A stretch of DNA of 32,000 bases from Candidatus Lokiarchaeum ossiferum (GCA_025839675.1 CP104013.1:3120001-3152000); one strand, 5' to 3'; positions 22,642 to 31,749 are shown, counted from the first letter of the stretch. The notes: a model not told the origin generated them from the letters alone. A program made the numbers and translations.

Positions 22642-24768
22642 ATGGGATTTGATATTCTTGGATTTATTGTTGAAGTAATTAGAAATCCACTGTTCATAAT
22701 ATCTATAGTATTTTGGGCGATTGCATTTGTTTTAGTGAAATTTTTAGGGAAGAAGAAGGAAAATGCATCAATTTTCTTTCCATTTTTAGCATTATTCAGA
22801 TTTAGGTTTTTCAATAAATTATTCAAAAAAATAGCTCAAAAAAATCGAAAATTGTGGAGAGCTTGGTGGAATATAGGTGTTATTGTCTCTTTCTTGCTTA
22901 TGTGCTATGCTCTTTATTTCTTCGTATCCAATTTCTTCCATCTAATCATAGATCCGCAACCTGAAAATGCAATTATGCCTTTAATTCCAGGTGTCACAAT
23001 TTCTCTTCCCCAATTTCAGGTTTTGATTCTTCCAATTCTGTTAACTATGACAGTTCATGAGTTTTCTCATGCAATTGCTGCTGAAAACGATGATGTGAAT
23101 GTTAAATCAGCAGGTATTATGGGAGCAGGTCTATTTTTCATAATTCTTTATGGTGCTTTTGTGGAAGTTGATGAATTCCAATTATATTCAAGAACTTTTT
23201 CGAGTAAAACTCGATTGAGGGTTGCGGCAGCGGGAGTTTGGACCAATGTTGTCTGGGCAGGATTAGCTTTTCTCTTAATTAGTTCATTTCCGCAAATTAT
23301 GAACTTAAGTTATGAATCAGCTTCTTTCCAAGTTACAGCAGTGGTCCCAGCCCAAATGGGAGGATTTAATGAGGAAAATTTAGAGGTTGGGGACATTGTA
23401 TACAAAATCAATGGAACAACTGTTGATTCAAATAATGCAGCAAGTTTGACAGATATTTTAAGTAATCGCACAGCACTCCAAGTCTCAGCAGAGGATGTTC
23501 TCCTGTTAACATGTTATAATGCCGAAAACAGGAGCTTTTATGACAAAGAAGTGGTATTAGGATTTCGACCTTTTATTGGTTTCGATTATCAATTTTATAA
23601 TAATACTGCCATTAACATTACTTCTATCAATCCTTCTCTTAATGGTGGAAATAATGAAGGATTAATACCAGTCAACACGATTATTACAAAAATAGGAAAC
23701 AATACATTAAATAATGCTAGCGGAATTACGTTAGAAAATATTTTGATTCAGAGAAAACCAAATTATAAGTTAAATTTAACATCAAATACGAATGAAATTT
23801 ATGAAATAAATGTAAATTATTTTCCAGCCGCTCCAGGAGCTCATGTTTTTCACGACATATATACCGGATTGAATTTATCAAAAGTTGATAATTTTTCACT
23901 AAATGTAACTAATGTTTTCAAAAATGTTACAGAATCTGGAAATAATGAAGGAAATATTCCAGAAAGGGTAATTATCAAAAAAATTAATGGAATTTCTTTA
24001 AATCTAACTGAATATTCTTTCAAGGAATTTGTAAAAACATTCATCAACCCTGAAGTGGGCGATATTTTAATTTTTACAGATAATGAAGGACAAAATTATT
24101 CAATAAATACCTCAGAAATCCCAGTAATTCCAGTTTTTATAGGATTAACTTCAGAAACATACTGGATTCCTAAAAATGGGATTGGAAGACTATTTGGGGG
24201 ATTATTCCCAATTGAACTATATACTTTTCTTTACTATACTTTTCTTATAATGTTTAGCTTAGCAATATTTAATCTTTTACCAACAACTATATTTGATGGT
24301 GGACGATTGGTAAAGGAAATAATCAATCTAATATTTGGAACTAAGGATTATAATCTTAATGCTCGAAAAAGATTACATTATGAATATAGTGAAAAAGATC
24401 AAAAACAACACTTAATGACTCAAGGAATTCATCATGTTATTGGTGTGAGAGAATTAATTCCATTGAATGACGAAGAAAATAAGAAGGATATTAATTTAGA
24501 AGATGAAAGTACCTTTGAATTGCGCGAATTAGAATACCAGCCTCATGATACTTCAACTGATGGTTTTATTGATACTATTGAAATAAAATCATATAAAGAT
24601 CTGAAAAATAAAAGTTTAATTGAAGTTGAAATCGAATATGAACAAGATCTCAAAGAACCCATCAAGAAAAAAGTTTATAAAAGTATCTCATGGGCAATTG
24701 GGATAATATTGTTAGCAAGTCTTGCAATTTCAACAATAAAATTCAATAAAACTCTTTTTTGGTTATAA
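22642..24768 (+). CDS. Site-2 protease family (M50) intramembrane zinc metalloprotease with large PDZ-like extracytoplasmic insert
   Basis: HEFSHAIAA (HExxH) follows N-terminal TM helices, and FNLLPTTIFDGGRL (NxxPxxxxDG) lies in a late TM helix. There are three PDZ-like segments (GDIVYKINGTTV, NTIITKIGNNTL, RVIIKKINGISL) and a terminal TM helix ISWAIGIILLASLAISTI. Confidence 0.85.
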   Translation: MGFDILGFIVEVIRNPLFIISIVFWAIAFVLVKFLGKKKENASIFFPFLALFRFRFFNKLFKKIAQKNRKLWRAWWNIGVIVSFLLMCYALYFFVSNFFHLIIDPQPENAIMPLIPGVTISLPQFQVLILPILLTMTVHEFSHAIAAENDDVNVKSAGIMGAGLFFIILYGAFVEVDEFQLYSRTFSSKTRLRVAAAGVWTNVVWAGLAFLLISSFPQIMNLSYESASFQVTAVVPAQMGGFNEENLEVGDIVYKINGTTVDSNNAASLTDILSNRTALQVSAEDVLLLTCYNAENRSFYDKEVVLGFRPFIGFDYQFYNNTAINITSINPSLNGGNNEGLIPVNTIITKIGNNTLNNASGITLENILIQRKPNYKLNLTSNTNEIYEINVNYFPAAPGAHVFHDIYTGLNLSKVDNFSLNVTNVFKNVTESGNNEGNIPERVIIKKINGISLNLTEYSFKEFVKTFINPEVGDILIFTDNEGQNYSINTSEIPVIPVFIGLTSETYWIPKNGIGRLFGGLFPIELYTFLYYTFLIMFSLAIFNLLPTTIFDGGRLVKEIINLIFGTKDYNLNARKRLHYEYSEKDQKQHLMTQGIHHVIGVRELIPLNDEENKKDINLEDESTFELRELEYQPHDTSTDGFIDTIEIKSYKDLKNKSLIEVEIEYEQDLKEPIKKKVYKSISWAIGIILLASLAISTIKFNKTLFWL

Positions 24769-24781
24769 TTGAGGAGATAAT

Positions 24782-25750
24782 ATGAAGTGTCAATATTGTT
24801 CAAAACCAGCGGTGTATCATCGAAAAATTTCAAATGAAACGGTTTGTAAGGAACATTTTTGCACTACGATTGAAAACAAAATACGTAAAACTGTTAGAAA
24901 GTACAATATGTTCAGCCCAACGGAAAAAATAGTTGTGGGCGTTTCTGGAGGAAAAGATTCTTTAGTTTTACTTTATAATGTAATGAAACTACAACAAAGA
25001 TATCATCAATCGCCTCCCATTGAAGCAATATTAATTGACGAAGGCATTGAGGGATATCGCTACGAAAGTACTGAAATTGCAAAACAAATGTGTAGAATTT
25101 GGAATGTAAAGCTTCATATTGTCAAATTTAAGGAAAATTTTGGCAAATCACTGGATGAAATAATTCCTAAATTACCCAATTTGAAGATAAATGCATGTAC
25201 AATCTGTGGCACAGTAAGAAGACATCTTTTAAATAAAAAAGCAAAATCTCTACAAGCAGACAAACTTGCAATTGGACATAATCTGGATGATCAAACTGAA
25301 ACATTCCTTCAAAATATTGTTCGAAATGATCTAAAAAGGATTTTACAGCATCCTCCGAATGGGAATATTACTGATCCAGATTCATTTTTTATTCCAAGAG
25401 TCAAACCCCTTATGCAAGTACCAGAAGCGGAAATAAGTCGTTATTGTTACTACATGGATATACCTATTCAAACCACACCTTGTCCTTATGTTGAGAAATT
25501 TTTCATTCTCAGGAAAGAAATTCAAAATTTCATTAATGCATTGGAAGATCAAAGTGCTGAAATTAAATACAACCTACTGAAAATGAATGAAAAAATTATT
25601 GATCATACAAAAATTGAAATTGATCAAGATACTTCTTTTGATCCCCATGACCACCGTAATTTTTGTATCAAATGTAAAAGTCCATGCGGAGAAAAAAGGA
25701 AATTATGCTATTTTTGTGAATTGAAAGAAAGTTTAAATTGCAACATCTAA
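24782..25750 (+). CDS. tRNA 2-thiolation PP-loop ATPase (TtuA / Ncs6-NcsA family)
   Basis: N-terminal Zn finger CQYCSKPA...CKEHF, PP-loop VVGVSGGKDSLVLLY, CTICGTVRR, GHNLDDQTETFLQNI, PCPY, and C-terminal CIKCKSPCGEKRKLCYFC. Confidence 0.8.
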   Translation: MKCQYCSKPAVYHRKISNETVCKEHFCTTIENKIRKTVRKYNMFSPTEKIVVGVSGGKDSLVLLYNVMKLQQRYHQSPPIEAILIDEGIEGYRYESTEIAKQMCRIWNVKLHIVKFKENFGKSLDEIIPKLPNLKINACTICGTVRRHLLNKKAKSLQADKLAIGHNLDDQTETFLQNIVRNDLKRILQHPPNGNITDPDSFFIPRVKPLMQVPEAEISRYCYYMDIPIQTTPCPYVEKFFILRKEIQNFINALEDQSAEIKYNLLKMNEKIIDHTKIEIDQDTSFDPHDHRNFCIKCKSPCGEKRKLCYFCELKESLNCNI

Positions 25751-26292
25751 TCCGTAGGGATCGGAGCATTGTTATTATCTAAACCTAGGCCTTTCTTGCA
25801 AATTGGACAAGAATGACGCATATTAATCCATTCTAAAAGATGATCTGAATGAGCTTTCGAATTACATAATGGACAAGCTAATACTTCATCAAATATCTTG
25901 ATTCCTTTTCCGCAAACCGAACATTTTAGAGATTCTTTGCTATTAATTTTGATTGTAGATTTCCCTGCATCAAGGCCAATATCTTGAGCGGTGTCTTCAG
26001 TAGGGATGATTAATCGAATTTCCCCATCCTTAGCACTTTTTTGAACACAAAACACTGTTCCTCGCATTCCATCAGTTCTATTCCCAATCCATTTTACGGT
26101 TCCCGCAAAAATTCCTTTCCCATCTTTTCCAACAGCTAGCTTCAAATTATTATTTTCCATAACGTATGTCTGTATTACTTTCGTTGCTTGTATGCCTTCT
26201 ATTGTAGATGATATAGCTTGAATGAGATCCTTTGAACCTTTAAAAACTAAAGGTTTTATGTTCATCATACCTTGTTTAGATTTCTTCGCCAT
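25747..26292 (-). CDS. Hypothetical protein with C-terminal RING-like (cross-brace type) zinc finger
   Basis: CSVCGKGIKIFDEVLACPLCNSKAHSDHLLEWINMRHSCPICKK reads as C-x2-C-x12-C-x2-C-x4-H-x2-H-x10-C-x2-C, with the RING-H2-like 'H..(C/H)(I/L)..W(L/I)....CP(I/L)C(K/R)' tail. The N-terminal ~120 aa are unassigned. The ORF-track start at 26301 is TTG, so I use the ATG at 26292. Confidence 0.5.
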   Translation of the reverse strand: MAKKSKQGMMNIKPLVFKGSKDLIQAISSTIEGIQATKVIQTYVMENNNLKLAVGKDGKGIFAGTVKWIGNRTDGMRGTVFCVQKSAKDGEIRLIIPTEDTAQDIGLDAGKSTIKINSKESLKCSVCGKGIKIFDEVLACPLCNSKAHSDHLLEWINMRHSCPICKKGLGLDNNNAPIPTD

Positions 26293-26508
26293 CGAGATCA
26301 ACTTTGATTTTTCTATGTGTTTTACTATTACTCTTTATCCTAAAAAAAATTCGCTTATTGTTTTGGAACTTCTTGTTTTTCATAATTTTCACAAAGAAAA
26401 AAAAAATTTTCTTAGGTTCATTTTTTAGAAGAAATTGATTATAGAACTTTTTAAATCACAAGAACAATTACTTTTTAATTAGAAGTGAAATAGTGATTAG
26501 TGAAAAAA

Positions 26509-28248
26509 ATGGATTTTGAAGAAACAATTCAGAAAATTATTGAAAAAACAGGTCGCGCTCGAAATGACATAAAGAAATTAATCCAAGAACAAATTGAAGA
26601 ATTAAGTGGATTAATTGATGAAGAGGGAGCAATTGTAATCGTCGCAAAAAATTTAGGAATCGATTTAAAATCAAATCAAGAAGCAGCGAATATGGAAGTT
26701 GATCAAAAAATTATTGATTTAAAACCACGAATGAATGCAAACACTGTGGGAAGAATTGTTGAAATTGAAGACATTCGTAAATTTAATAAAAAAGATGGAA
26801 GTCAAGGTGTTTTGTTACCTTTTATTATTGAAGATACTTCCAACATGATCCGGTGCCTGGCATGGGGAGAAAATCATGCCCAGATTTTACAAGAAAATGG
26901 ATTTTCTTCGGGCGAAATAGTGAGAATAGTAAATGGGTTTATTAAAGAGGGAAGAACTGGTGCTCTTGAAATTCATATCGGCGGAAAAAGCAGAATTCAA
27001 CTTCAACCAGACAATGTAGATTATAAATTGATTCCTGATGGGAAGAATTCATCCAAAATTTCTATAACCCCTCTTGGAAAAATTTCCATAAAAATGCCTT
27101 ATGTAAATATTCAAGGAATTGTAAGTTCGATATTTCCGCCGAAAGAATTCTCACGAAAGGATGGAAGCAAAGGAAAACGTGCTTCAATTGCTATATCAGA
27201 AAATGAGAATAGTGTTTACATAACCTTCTGGGGAGATCATTGTGAGAAAATTAATGATATTGTCGAAGGTCATACAGTTCAGATCACTAGACTTACTCCG
27301 AAACCAAATTATAAAGATAATTCAAAAATAGATCTGACAGCAACCTCGAATACTACTATTATAATCCAAAATGGAGGTAATATTAATCATTCTTCAGCTA
27401 AGCCTAATGCCCAACCAGGCCAGATCATTACTATTCAAGAATTAAATACTAAAGGAGGCTTTGGATCTATCGAAGGAAAAATTCAAGATATTGATGATAT
27501 TAAAACCATTAATCTACGTGATGGATCTCAAAAAAATATTTTAAAATTTGTTTTAGCAGATAAAACTGATGCAATAAGGGTCAATGTGTGGGGTGAAAAA
27601 ATTCCCGAAACACCTCTCAAAGTTGGAGATGTCTTGAGTATTGAAAGTCTTATGGCAAAAATTAATTCCTATTCAAATCAAATGGAAGCGACTCTTACTC
27701 GAAACGGAGTAATTACTCAAATAGATAAAATTATTGAGACTAATAAGACCATTGCGCCAATTGCTTCAAAAAATGCTTTTCAAAAACTTGATCGGAAGAA
27801 TATTGAAGATATAACAGAACCGGAATTTTATGAATTCAAAGGATCAATAATAAAGGAAATTAATCGGATCACGACATATTCAGCCTGTTCAACGTGTAAT
27901 CGGAAATATGAAAACTGTAAATGTGATAATCCAGGAGATCAGGTTAATAGAATGATAATAAATTTGCTTCTGGATGATGAAAGTAGCACAATTCGAGCAA
28001 CATTAATGGGAGAACGTGCTGAAAAGTTCATTGGAGAAAAGACAGATCGAATTGTGGAACTCCAAGAAGGAGGGGAATTAGAATCCTTCTTAAAAGAACG
28101 AAATAAAAGTTTAGTGGGCAAAGAATTTGTCTTTCGGGGAAAAGCAAGATTTTCCAATTATTCTGAAAGTTATGAAATAAGCATCAATTCTTTTGAAGAA
28201 TTAAATGTCGAAATGGAAGCATCTAGAATTCTTAGCTTGTTGGAATGA
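26509..28248 (+). CDS. Replication protein A large subunit (RPA70/RPA41-like; three OB folds plus a zinc-containing OB fold)
   Basis: An N-terminal helical domain is followed by three repeats of the pattern '(V/I)G.I..I...+.F.++DGS.G....(F/I).(L/I).D.(T/S)..IR...WG'. The fourth OB carries CSTCNRKYENCKCDNPG (CxxC-x6-CxC). The ORF-track start at 26500 is GTG, with an ATG at 26509. Confidence 0.8.
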   Translation: MDFEETIQKIIEKTGRARNDIKKLIQEQIEELSGLIDEEGAIVIVAKNLGIDLKSNQEAANMEVDQKIIDLKPRMNANTVGRIVEIEDIRKFNKKDGSQGVLLPFIIEDTSNMIRCLAWGENHAQILQENGFSSGEIVRIVNGFIKEGRTGALEIHIGGKSRIQLQPDNVDYKLIPDGKNSSKISITPLGKISIKMPYVNIQGIVSSIFPPKEFSRKDGSKGKRASIAISENENSVYITFWGDHCEKINDIVEGHTVQITRLTPKPNYKDNSKIDLTATSNTTIIIQNGGNINHSSAKPNAQPGQIITIQELNTKGGFGSIEGKIQDIDDIKTINLRDGSQKNILKFVLADKTDAIRVNVWGEKIPETPLKVGDVLSIESLMAKINSYSNQMEATLTRNGVITQIDKIIETNKTIAPIASKNAFQKLDRKNIEDITEPEFYEFKGSIIKEINRITTYSACSTCNRKYENCKCDNPGDQVNRMIINLLLDDESSTIRATLMGERAEKFIGEKTDRIVELQEGGELESFLKERNKSLVGKEFVFRGKARFSNYSESYEISINSFEELNVEMEASRILSLLE

Positions 28249-28249
28249 A

Positions 28250-28259
28250 TTTTTTTTTT
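28250..28259 (+). terminator. Oligo-T tract (T10) directly after the RPA stop codon
   Basis: TGAaTTTTTTTTTTa begins 2 nt after the TGA at 28246-28248. Confidence 0.35.
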
Positions 28260-28313
28260 AAGTTTCTATTCTCCATTAATTTAAATAGTCGGATTTAGGG
28301 AAATACAATAGAA

Positions 28314-28964
28314 ATGGAAGAACAACGTTTGAATATGGTTTCCCAATTGCAATCGAGAAAAATATTAGAGTCAAAAATGATAATTGAAGCCATGAAGAAG
28401 GTTCCACGACATCTTTTTGTTCCCTTAAATATGAAAAATAGGGCCTACGAAGATAATCCCTTACAAATTGATTGTGGACAAACGATTTCTGCCCCACATA
28501 TGAATGCAATGATGTGTGAATATCTACAAATAGAAAAAGGACAAAAAATTTTAGAAATAGGTACTGGATCAGGATATCATTGTGCCCTCTTAGCTGAAAT
28601 AGTTGGAAATAAGGGAAAAATATATTCGATCGAGCGAGTTCCACGTTTAGCCAAGAAAGCTTCAAAAGTATTACGAGTACTAAATTACGACAATATTGAA
28701 ATCATTACAGGTGATGGTTCATGTGGTCACCAAATAGAGGCACCTTATGACAGAATACTGGTAACCGCAGCAAGCCCTCAAATTCCCGAAATTCTTATTC
28801 AACAATTAAGTGAAAATGGAGGAATTATGTGTATTCCAACTGGAAAACAACGCTGGATTCAAGATCTATTAGTAATCAAAAGACATGAACATTCAATTGA
28901 AAAGAAGTGCGTTTCTAAAGTCATTTTTGTCCCTTTAATTGGGAAATTTGGATTCAAAGAATAA
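28314..28964 (+). CDS. pcm: Protein-L-isoaspartate O-methyltransferase
   Basis: VPRHLFVP, GQTISAPHMNAMM, SAM motif I ILEIGTGSGYHCALLAEIVG, YDRILVTAA. Confidence 0.9.
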   Translation: MEEQRLNMVSQLQSRKILESKMIIEAMKKVPRHLFVPLNMKNRAYEDNPLQIDCGQTISAPHMNAMMCEYLQIEKGQKILEIGTGSGYHCALLAEIVGNKGKIYSIERVPRLAKKASKVLRVLNYDNIEIITGDGSCGHQIEAPYDRILVTAASPQIPEILIQQLSENGGIMCIPTGKQRWIQDLLVIKRHEHSIEKKCVSKVIFVPLIGKFGFKE

Positions 28965-28985
28965 ACTTGTTGATAAACTATATAT

Positions 28986-29663
28986 TTAATTTTCTGGTTC
29001 TATATCGATAAACTCAATTAGACTCAGAATATTCTTTAATATCTCATCCCGGTCAATATTTGACTCAGCAACTAATAATTTTTGCACATTAGCTCGAGTT
29101 TCAGGATGTTTTGGATTGTTTTCACAAGCAGGACCTTTAATCAAACTCAATTCATATAGCCCAACTTTTTGGCTGATTTTAATAATGTCCAACTTGTCAA
29201 AACCGATAAGTGGACGAACCACAGGAACTTCTTTATTAATTTGATGAACCGCATATAAATTATCTAAGGTCTGGGAAGCCTGCTCTCCTAAAATATCACC
29301 ATTCACAATCATCGAAGCTTTATAAAAATGAGTTAAATATACTGCGGTATGAATCATGGTCCGCTTGCAAATAACGCATGTTAACTTCGGTTCGCATTTC
29401 TCTTTAAAAACTTCAACTATCGCATCATAATCCACAAAGTGTAAACGCATCTTTCGTTTGGTTAATTCAACCAATTTTTTTCCGATCTGAATTATTTTTT
29501 CTTTATTTAAGTTCCTATTTTCTTTGCCATTAAGAAATGAAAGTCCAAAACAATTATACCCTTGTTTCATGATAAGATAGGAAGCGATGGGGCTATCTAA
29601 TCCAGTGGATAATAAAGACACAAAAGAAGGAGATATATCGAGAAAATCAGTTTCAGAAAGCAT
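28986..29663 (-). CDS. ThiI-like PP-loop domain protein (tRNA sulfurtransferase C-terminal domain only; no THUMP/NFLD)
   Basis: LLSTGLDSPIASYLIMKQG (ThiI has LLSGGIDSPVAaylmmkrG), CVICKRTM, IVNGDILGEQASQTLDNL (TGEsLGQVASQTl.Nl), PVVRPLIGFDKLDII (PvlRPLigmDK.EIi). The PP-loop is degenerate, STGLDS rather than SGGxDS. Confidence 0.65.
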   Translation of the reverse strand: MLSETDFLDISPSFVSLLSTGLDSPIASYLIMKQGYNCFGLSFLNGKENRNLNKEKIIQIGKKLVELTKRKMRLHFVDYDAIVEVFKEKCEPKLTCVICKRTMIHTAVYLTHFYKASMIVNGDILGEQASQTLDNLYAVHQINKEVPVVRPLIGFDKLDIIKISQKVGLYELSLIKGPACENNPKHPETRANVQKLLVAESNIDRDEILKNILSLIEFIDIEPEN

Positions 29664-29872
29664 GATCCAATGTGTATAGCTTTGTAATGTAAATCAAATT
29701 TTCGATTTAGGTTTAAAAGTCATTATCTGATCTATGGATTTTCATTTTACACGAAAAGATCCAAGATATTATCTACGTATTTTATTCATATTATGTTCGT
29801 GACAATCCCATTGATTAGAAAAAATTTGTTGTGGATTAATTAAGAAACCCTACAAGAAACTACGATCAAAGC

Positions 29873-29887
29873 ATATCACGATGTTAT
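29873..29887 (+). promoter_or_regulatory. Copy C of the conserved intergenic 15-mer (ATATCACGATGTTAT), 44 nt upstream of the PAC2 gene ATG
   Basis: Identical to the copy at 13047-13061. The ATG inside the motif is what the ORF track used as its start (29881). Confidence 0.4.
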
Positions 29888-29931
29888 CAGTTTATAGATA
29901 TGATCCATTTTTGATCAGAATTGTTGGTGTT

Positions 29932-30750
29932 ATGGTGACCCCCATGCAAAACTTCCGCCTCATACAACTAGATGAACTTAACCCTTCTTCCCTTAATCAC
30001 CCATTATGCATTATTGGCATGCCCGGTATTGCAGACATTGGTAAATTTGCAGTTGATCAACTTATTGGTATTTTCAAAGCAAGAAAATATTGTGAAATTA
30101 TTTTCAACGATTATCCCGCTGGGGCGATTGTTGACGAAAGTCTTTTATCCACACCCAAAGCAGAAATTCTCTATTACTTGGATCCAAAAAAGAAACAAGA
30201 TTTAATTTTAATTACAGCTGATGCTCAAGCAATGTCGCCTCGTGGTATCTATGAAATTTCAGATTATATTGCAACATTAATCCACCAATTAGGAGTAGTC
30301 AAAATCTTGGCATTAGGGGCTTATCCAATTAAGAACGCAAAAGCTGAACAAGGAAGTATCTACATCACATCCACAGAAACTAAATATATTGACCAATTTT
30401 CGAATTCAGGTGAAGCAAAGAAAGTTAGTAAAGGAGTCATTATTGGATCCAATGGATTAATTCCCACCTTGGCAAAAGCTCGTTTTGGCATGGAAGGTAT
30501 TGTTCTTTTAGCGGAAACAGATAATTCTGCTATAATGAATGAAAATATCACAGATTTACAAGCATCAATTCATTTACTCGAATTAGTTGGGAAGCACTTC
30601 AATCTACCAATAAAAAATAATTTCAGTGAAAATCGAATAACAGAAATTTCTAAAGATTTAGAAACGAAAAGAAAGCAATTGGAAGAAGAATTGGAAACTA
30701 TTCAACCTCATGTAGAGCTGGCAGATGTAGATAAATCTCTATACATTTAA
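29932..30750 (+). CDS. PAC2-family proteasome assembly chaperone (PbaA/PbaB-like) with C-terminal HbYX motif
   Basis: LCIIGMPGIADIGKFAVDQLI... is the PAC2 N-terminal pattern. A coiled-coil tail ends in ...KSLYI*, i.e. hydrophobic-Tyr-X. Start moved to the ATG at 29932 (29944 also possible), because 29881 lies inside the conserved non-coding motif. Confidence 0.75.
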   Translation: MVTPMQNFRLIQLDELNPSSLNHPLCIIGMPGIADIGKFAVDQLIGIFKARKYCEIIFNDYPAGAIVDESLLSTPKAEILYYLDPKKKQDLILITADAQAMSPRGIYEISDYIATLIHQLGVVKILALGAYPIKNAKAEQGSIYITSTETKYIDQFSNSGEAKKVSKGVIIGSNGLIPTLAKARFGMEGIVLLAETDNSAIMNENITDLQASIHLLELVGKHFNLPIKNNFSENRITEISKDLETKRKQLEEELETIQPHVELADVDKSLYI

Positions 30751-30780
30751 TTTTCATTTAATTATGAAAAAAAAATAAAA

Positions 30781-31749
30781 CTACAATGGATACTTTTTTT
30801 GAAAATTTTGTTCATATCTTGCCTTAGCAGATGATGAGGTATAATTCTGAGTTTGCGGTCCTAAAGTTTCAACAGAAAATGAAGATAAAGTGGCACCCAT
30901 TTGGCATGCTTCTAAAATGGAACAGTCATTAGCTATACCAACTAATAAACCCGCTCGAAAAGCATCTCCAGCCCCAGTCGTATCTAACACCTTCGAAGGT
31001 TTACAAATGCCAACATGAATGATTTCCTCATCGAAGAAACAATCGGAACCTTTATTGCCTTTTGTTATTATAACTCTAGAATTTATTTTCAATAAATCCT
31101 CGATTGACATATTTAATTTCTCAAGAATCATGTTGACTTCAAATTCGTTCCCAATCAGCATATAAGCGAGTGGGATCACTTCTTCAAGCATTTCTTTAGA
31201 AAAAGCGGGCGTTACCTGCCCTGGATCAAAGATAAAAGGTATCTCAAGCGACTTCAATTCTTTTGCCCATCCCATCATAGCCATAACATTATCTGGACTT
31301 ACTGATGCAATCTTTATCCCCGAATTTGTTATATTCTTCTTTTTCAAATTGATTTCGGGACATTTTTTCATTGCTCCTTCATGAAAAATAATCATTTGAT
31401 TGTGATTCTCATCATTCACAATATAACATGAAGCAGTAAATAAATCAGAATGAATATTTCCTCTGAAAATTAATGAGGGAAATCTCTCCATATGTTTTTG
31501 ATAGCCTAAATCAATGAAATCTTTACCTACAGAAGTGATAACTTGCACTGGACTGTCCAATTGTGCAATATTATATGAAATATTACCTGAGGTACCTCCA
31601 AAATTTATTTTCTTTGAATGTGGCATTACTGCGAGATTAAACACTTTTTTCTCTGGATCTGAAGTCAAATTCTTATTCAAATCCCCTCCGAAATCCATTA
31701 TATAATCATAGGCAATAGATCCTAATACAAGAATATCTTTATTACTCAT
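30781..31749 (-). CDS. PfkB-family carbohydrate/nucleoside kinase (adenosine-kinase-like)
   Basis: ILVLGSIAYDYIMDFGGD...FGGTSGNISYNIAQL and PfkB signature-2 DTTGAGDAFRAGLL. The N-terminal layout resembles the mycobacterial-type adenosine kinase subgroup. The ORF-track start at 31755 is GTG, with an ATG at 31749. Confidence 0.85.
   Translation of the reverse strand: MSNKDILVLGSIAYDYIMDFGGDLNKNLTSDPEKKVFNLAVMPHSKKINFGGTSGNISYNIAQLDSPVQVITSVGKDFIDLGYQKHMERFPSLIFRGNIHSDLFTASCYIVNDENHNQMIIFHEGAMKKCPEINLKKKNITNSGIKIASVSPDNVMAMMGWAKELKSLEIPFIFDPGQVTPAFSKEMLEEVIPLAYMLIGNEFEVNMILEKLNMSIEDLLKINSRVIITKGNKGSDCFFDEEIIHVGICKPSKVLDTTGAGDAFRAGLLVGIANDCSILEACQMGATLSSFSVETLGPQTQNYTSSSAKARYEQNFQKKYPL

Noticed and set aside
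28276-28665. 129-aa ORF antisense to pcm, and similar antisense ORFs elsewhere
   Set aside because: All lie inside and antisense to, or out of frame with, strongly supported genes, and they have hydrophobic or low-complexity translations typical of shadow ORFs in AT-rich DNA. The others are 522..743, 3514..3714, 6537..6779, 7342..7608, 9374..9697, 9942..10154, 10078..10269, 10570..10836, 11803..11997, 14054..14503, 14080..14310, 16148..16366, 17529..17717, 18339..18587, 21084..21371, 22635..22826, 23850..24047, 26222..26428, 27939..28157, 29972..30205, 30360..30551 and 31514..31705.
29881-29931. ORF-track start of the PAC2 gene at 29881
   Set aside because: That ATG is part of the conserved non-coding 15-mer ATATCACGATGTTAT, which also occurs where no gene follows. 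The added peptide MLSVYRYDPFLIRIVGV is not PAC2-like. The ATGs at 29932 or 29944 are preferred.
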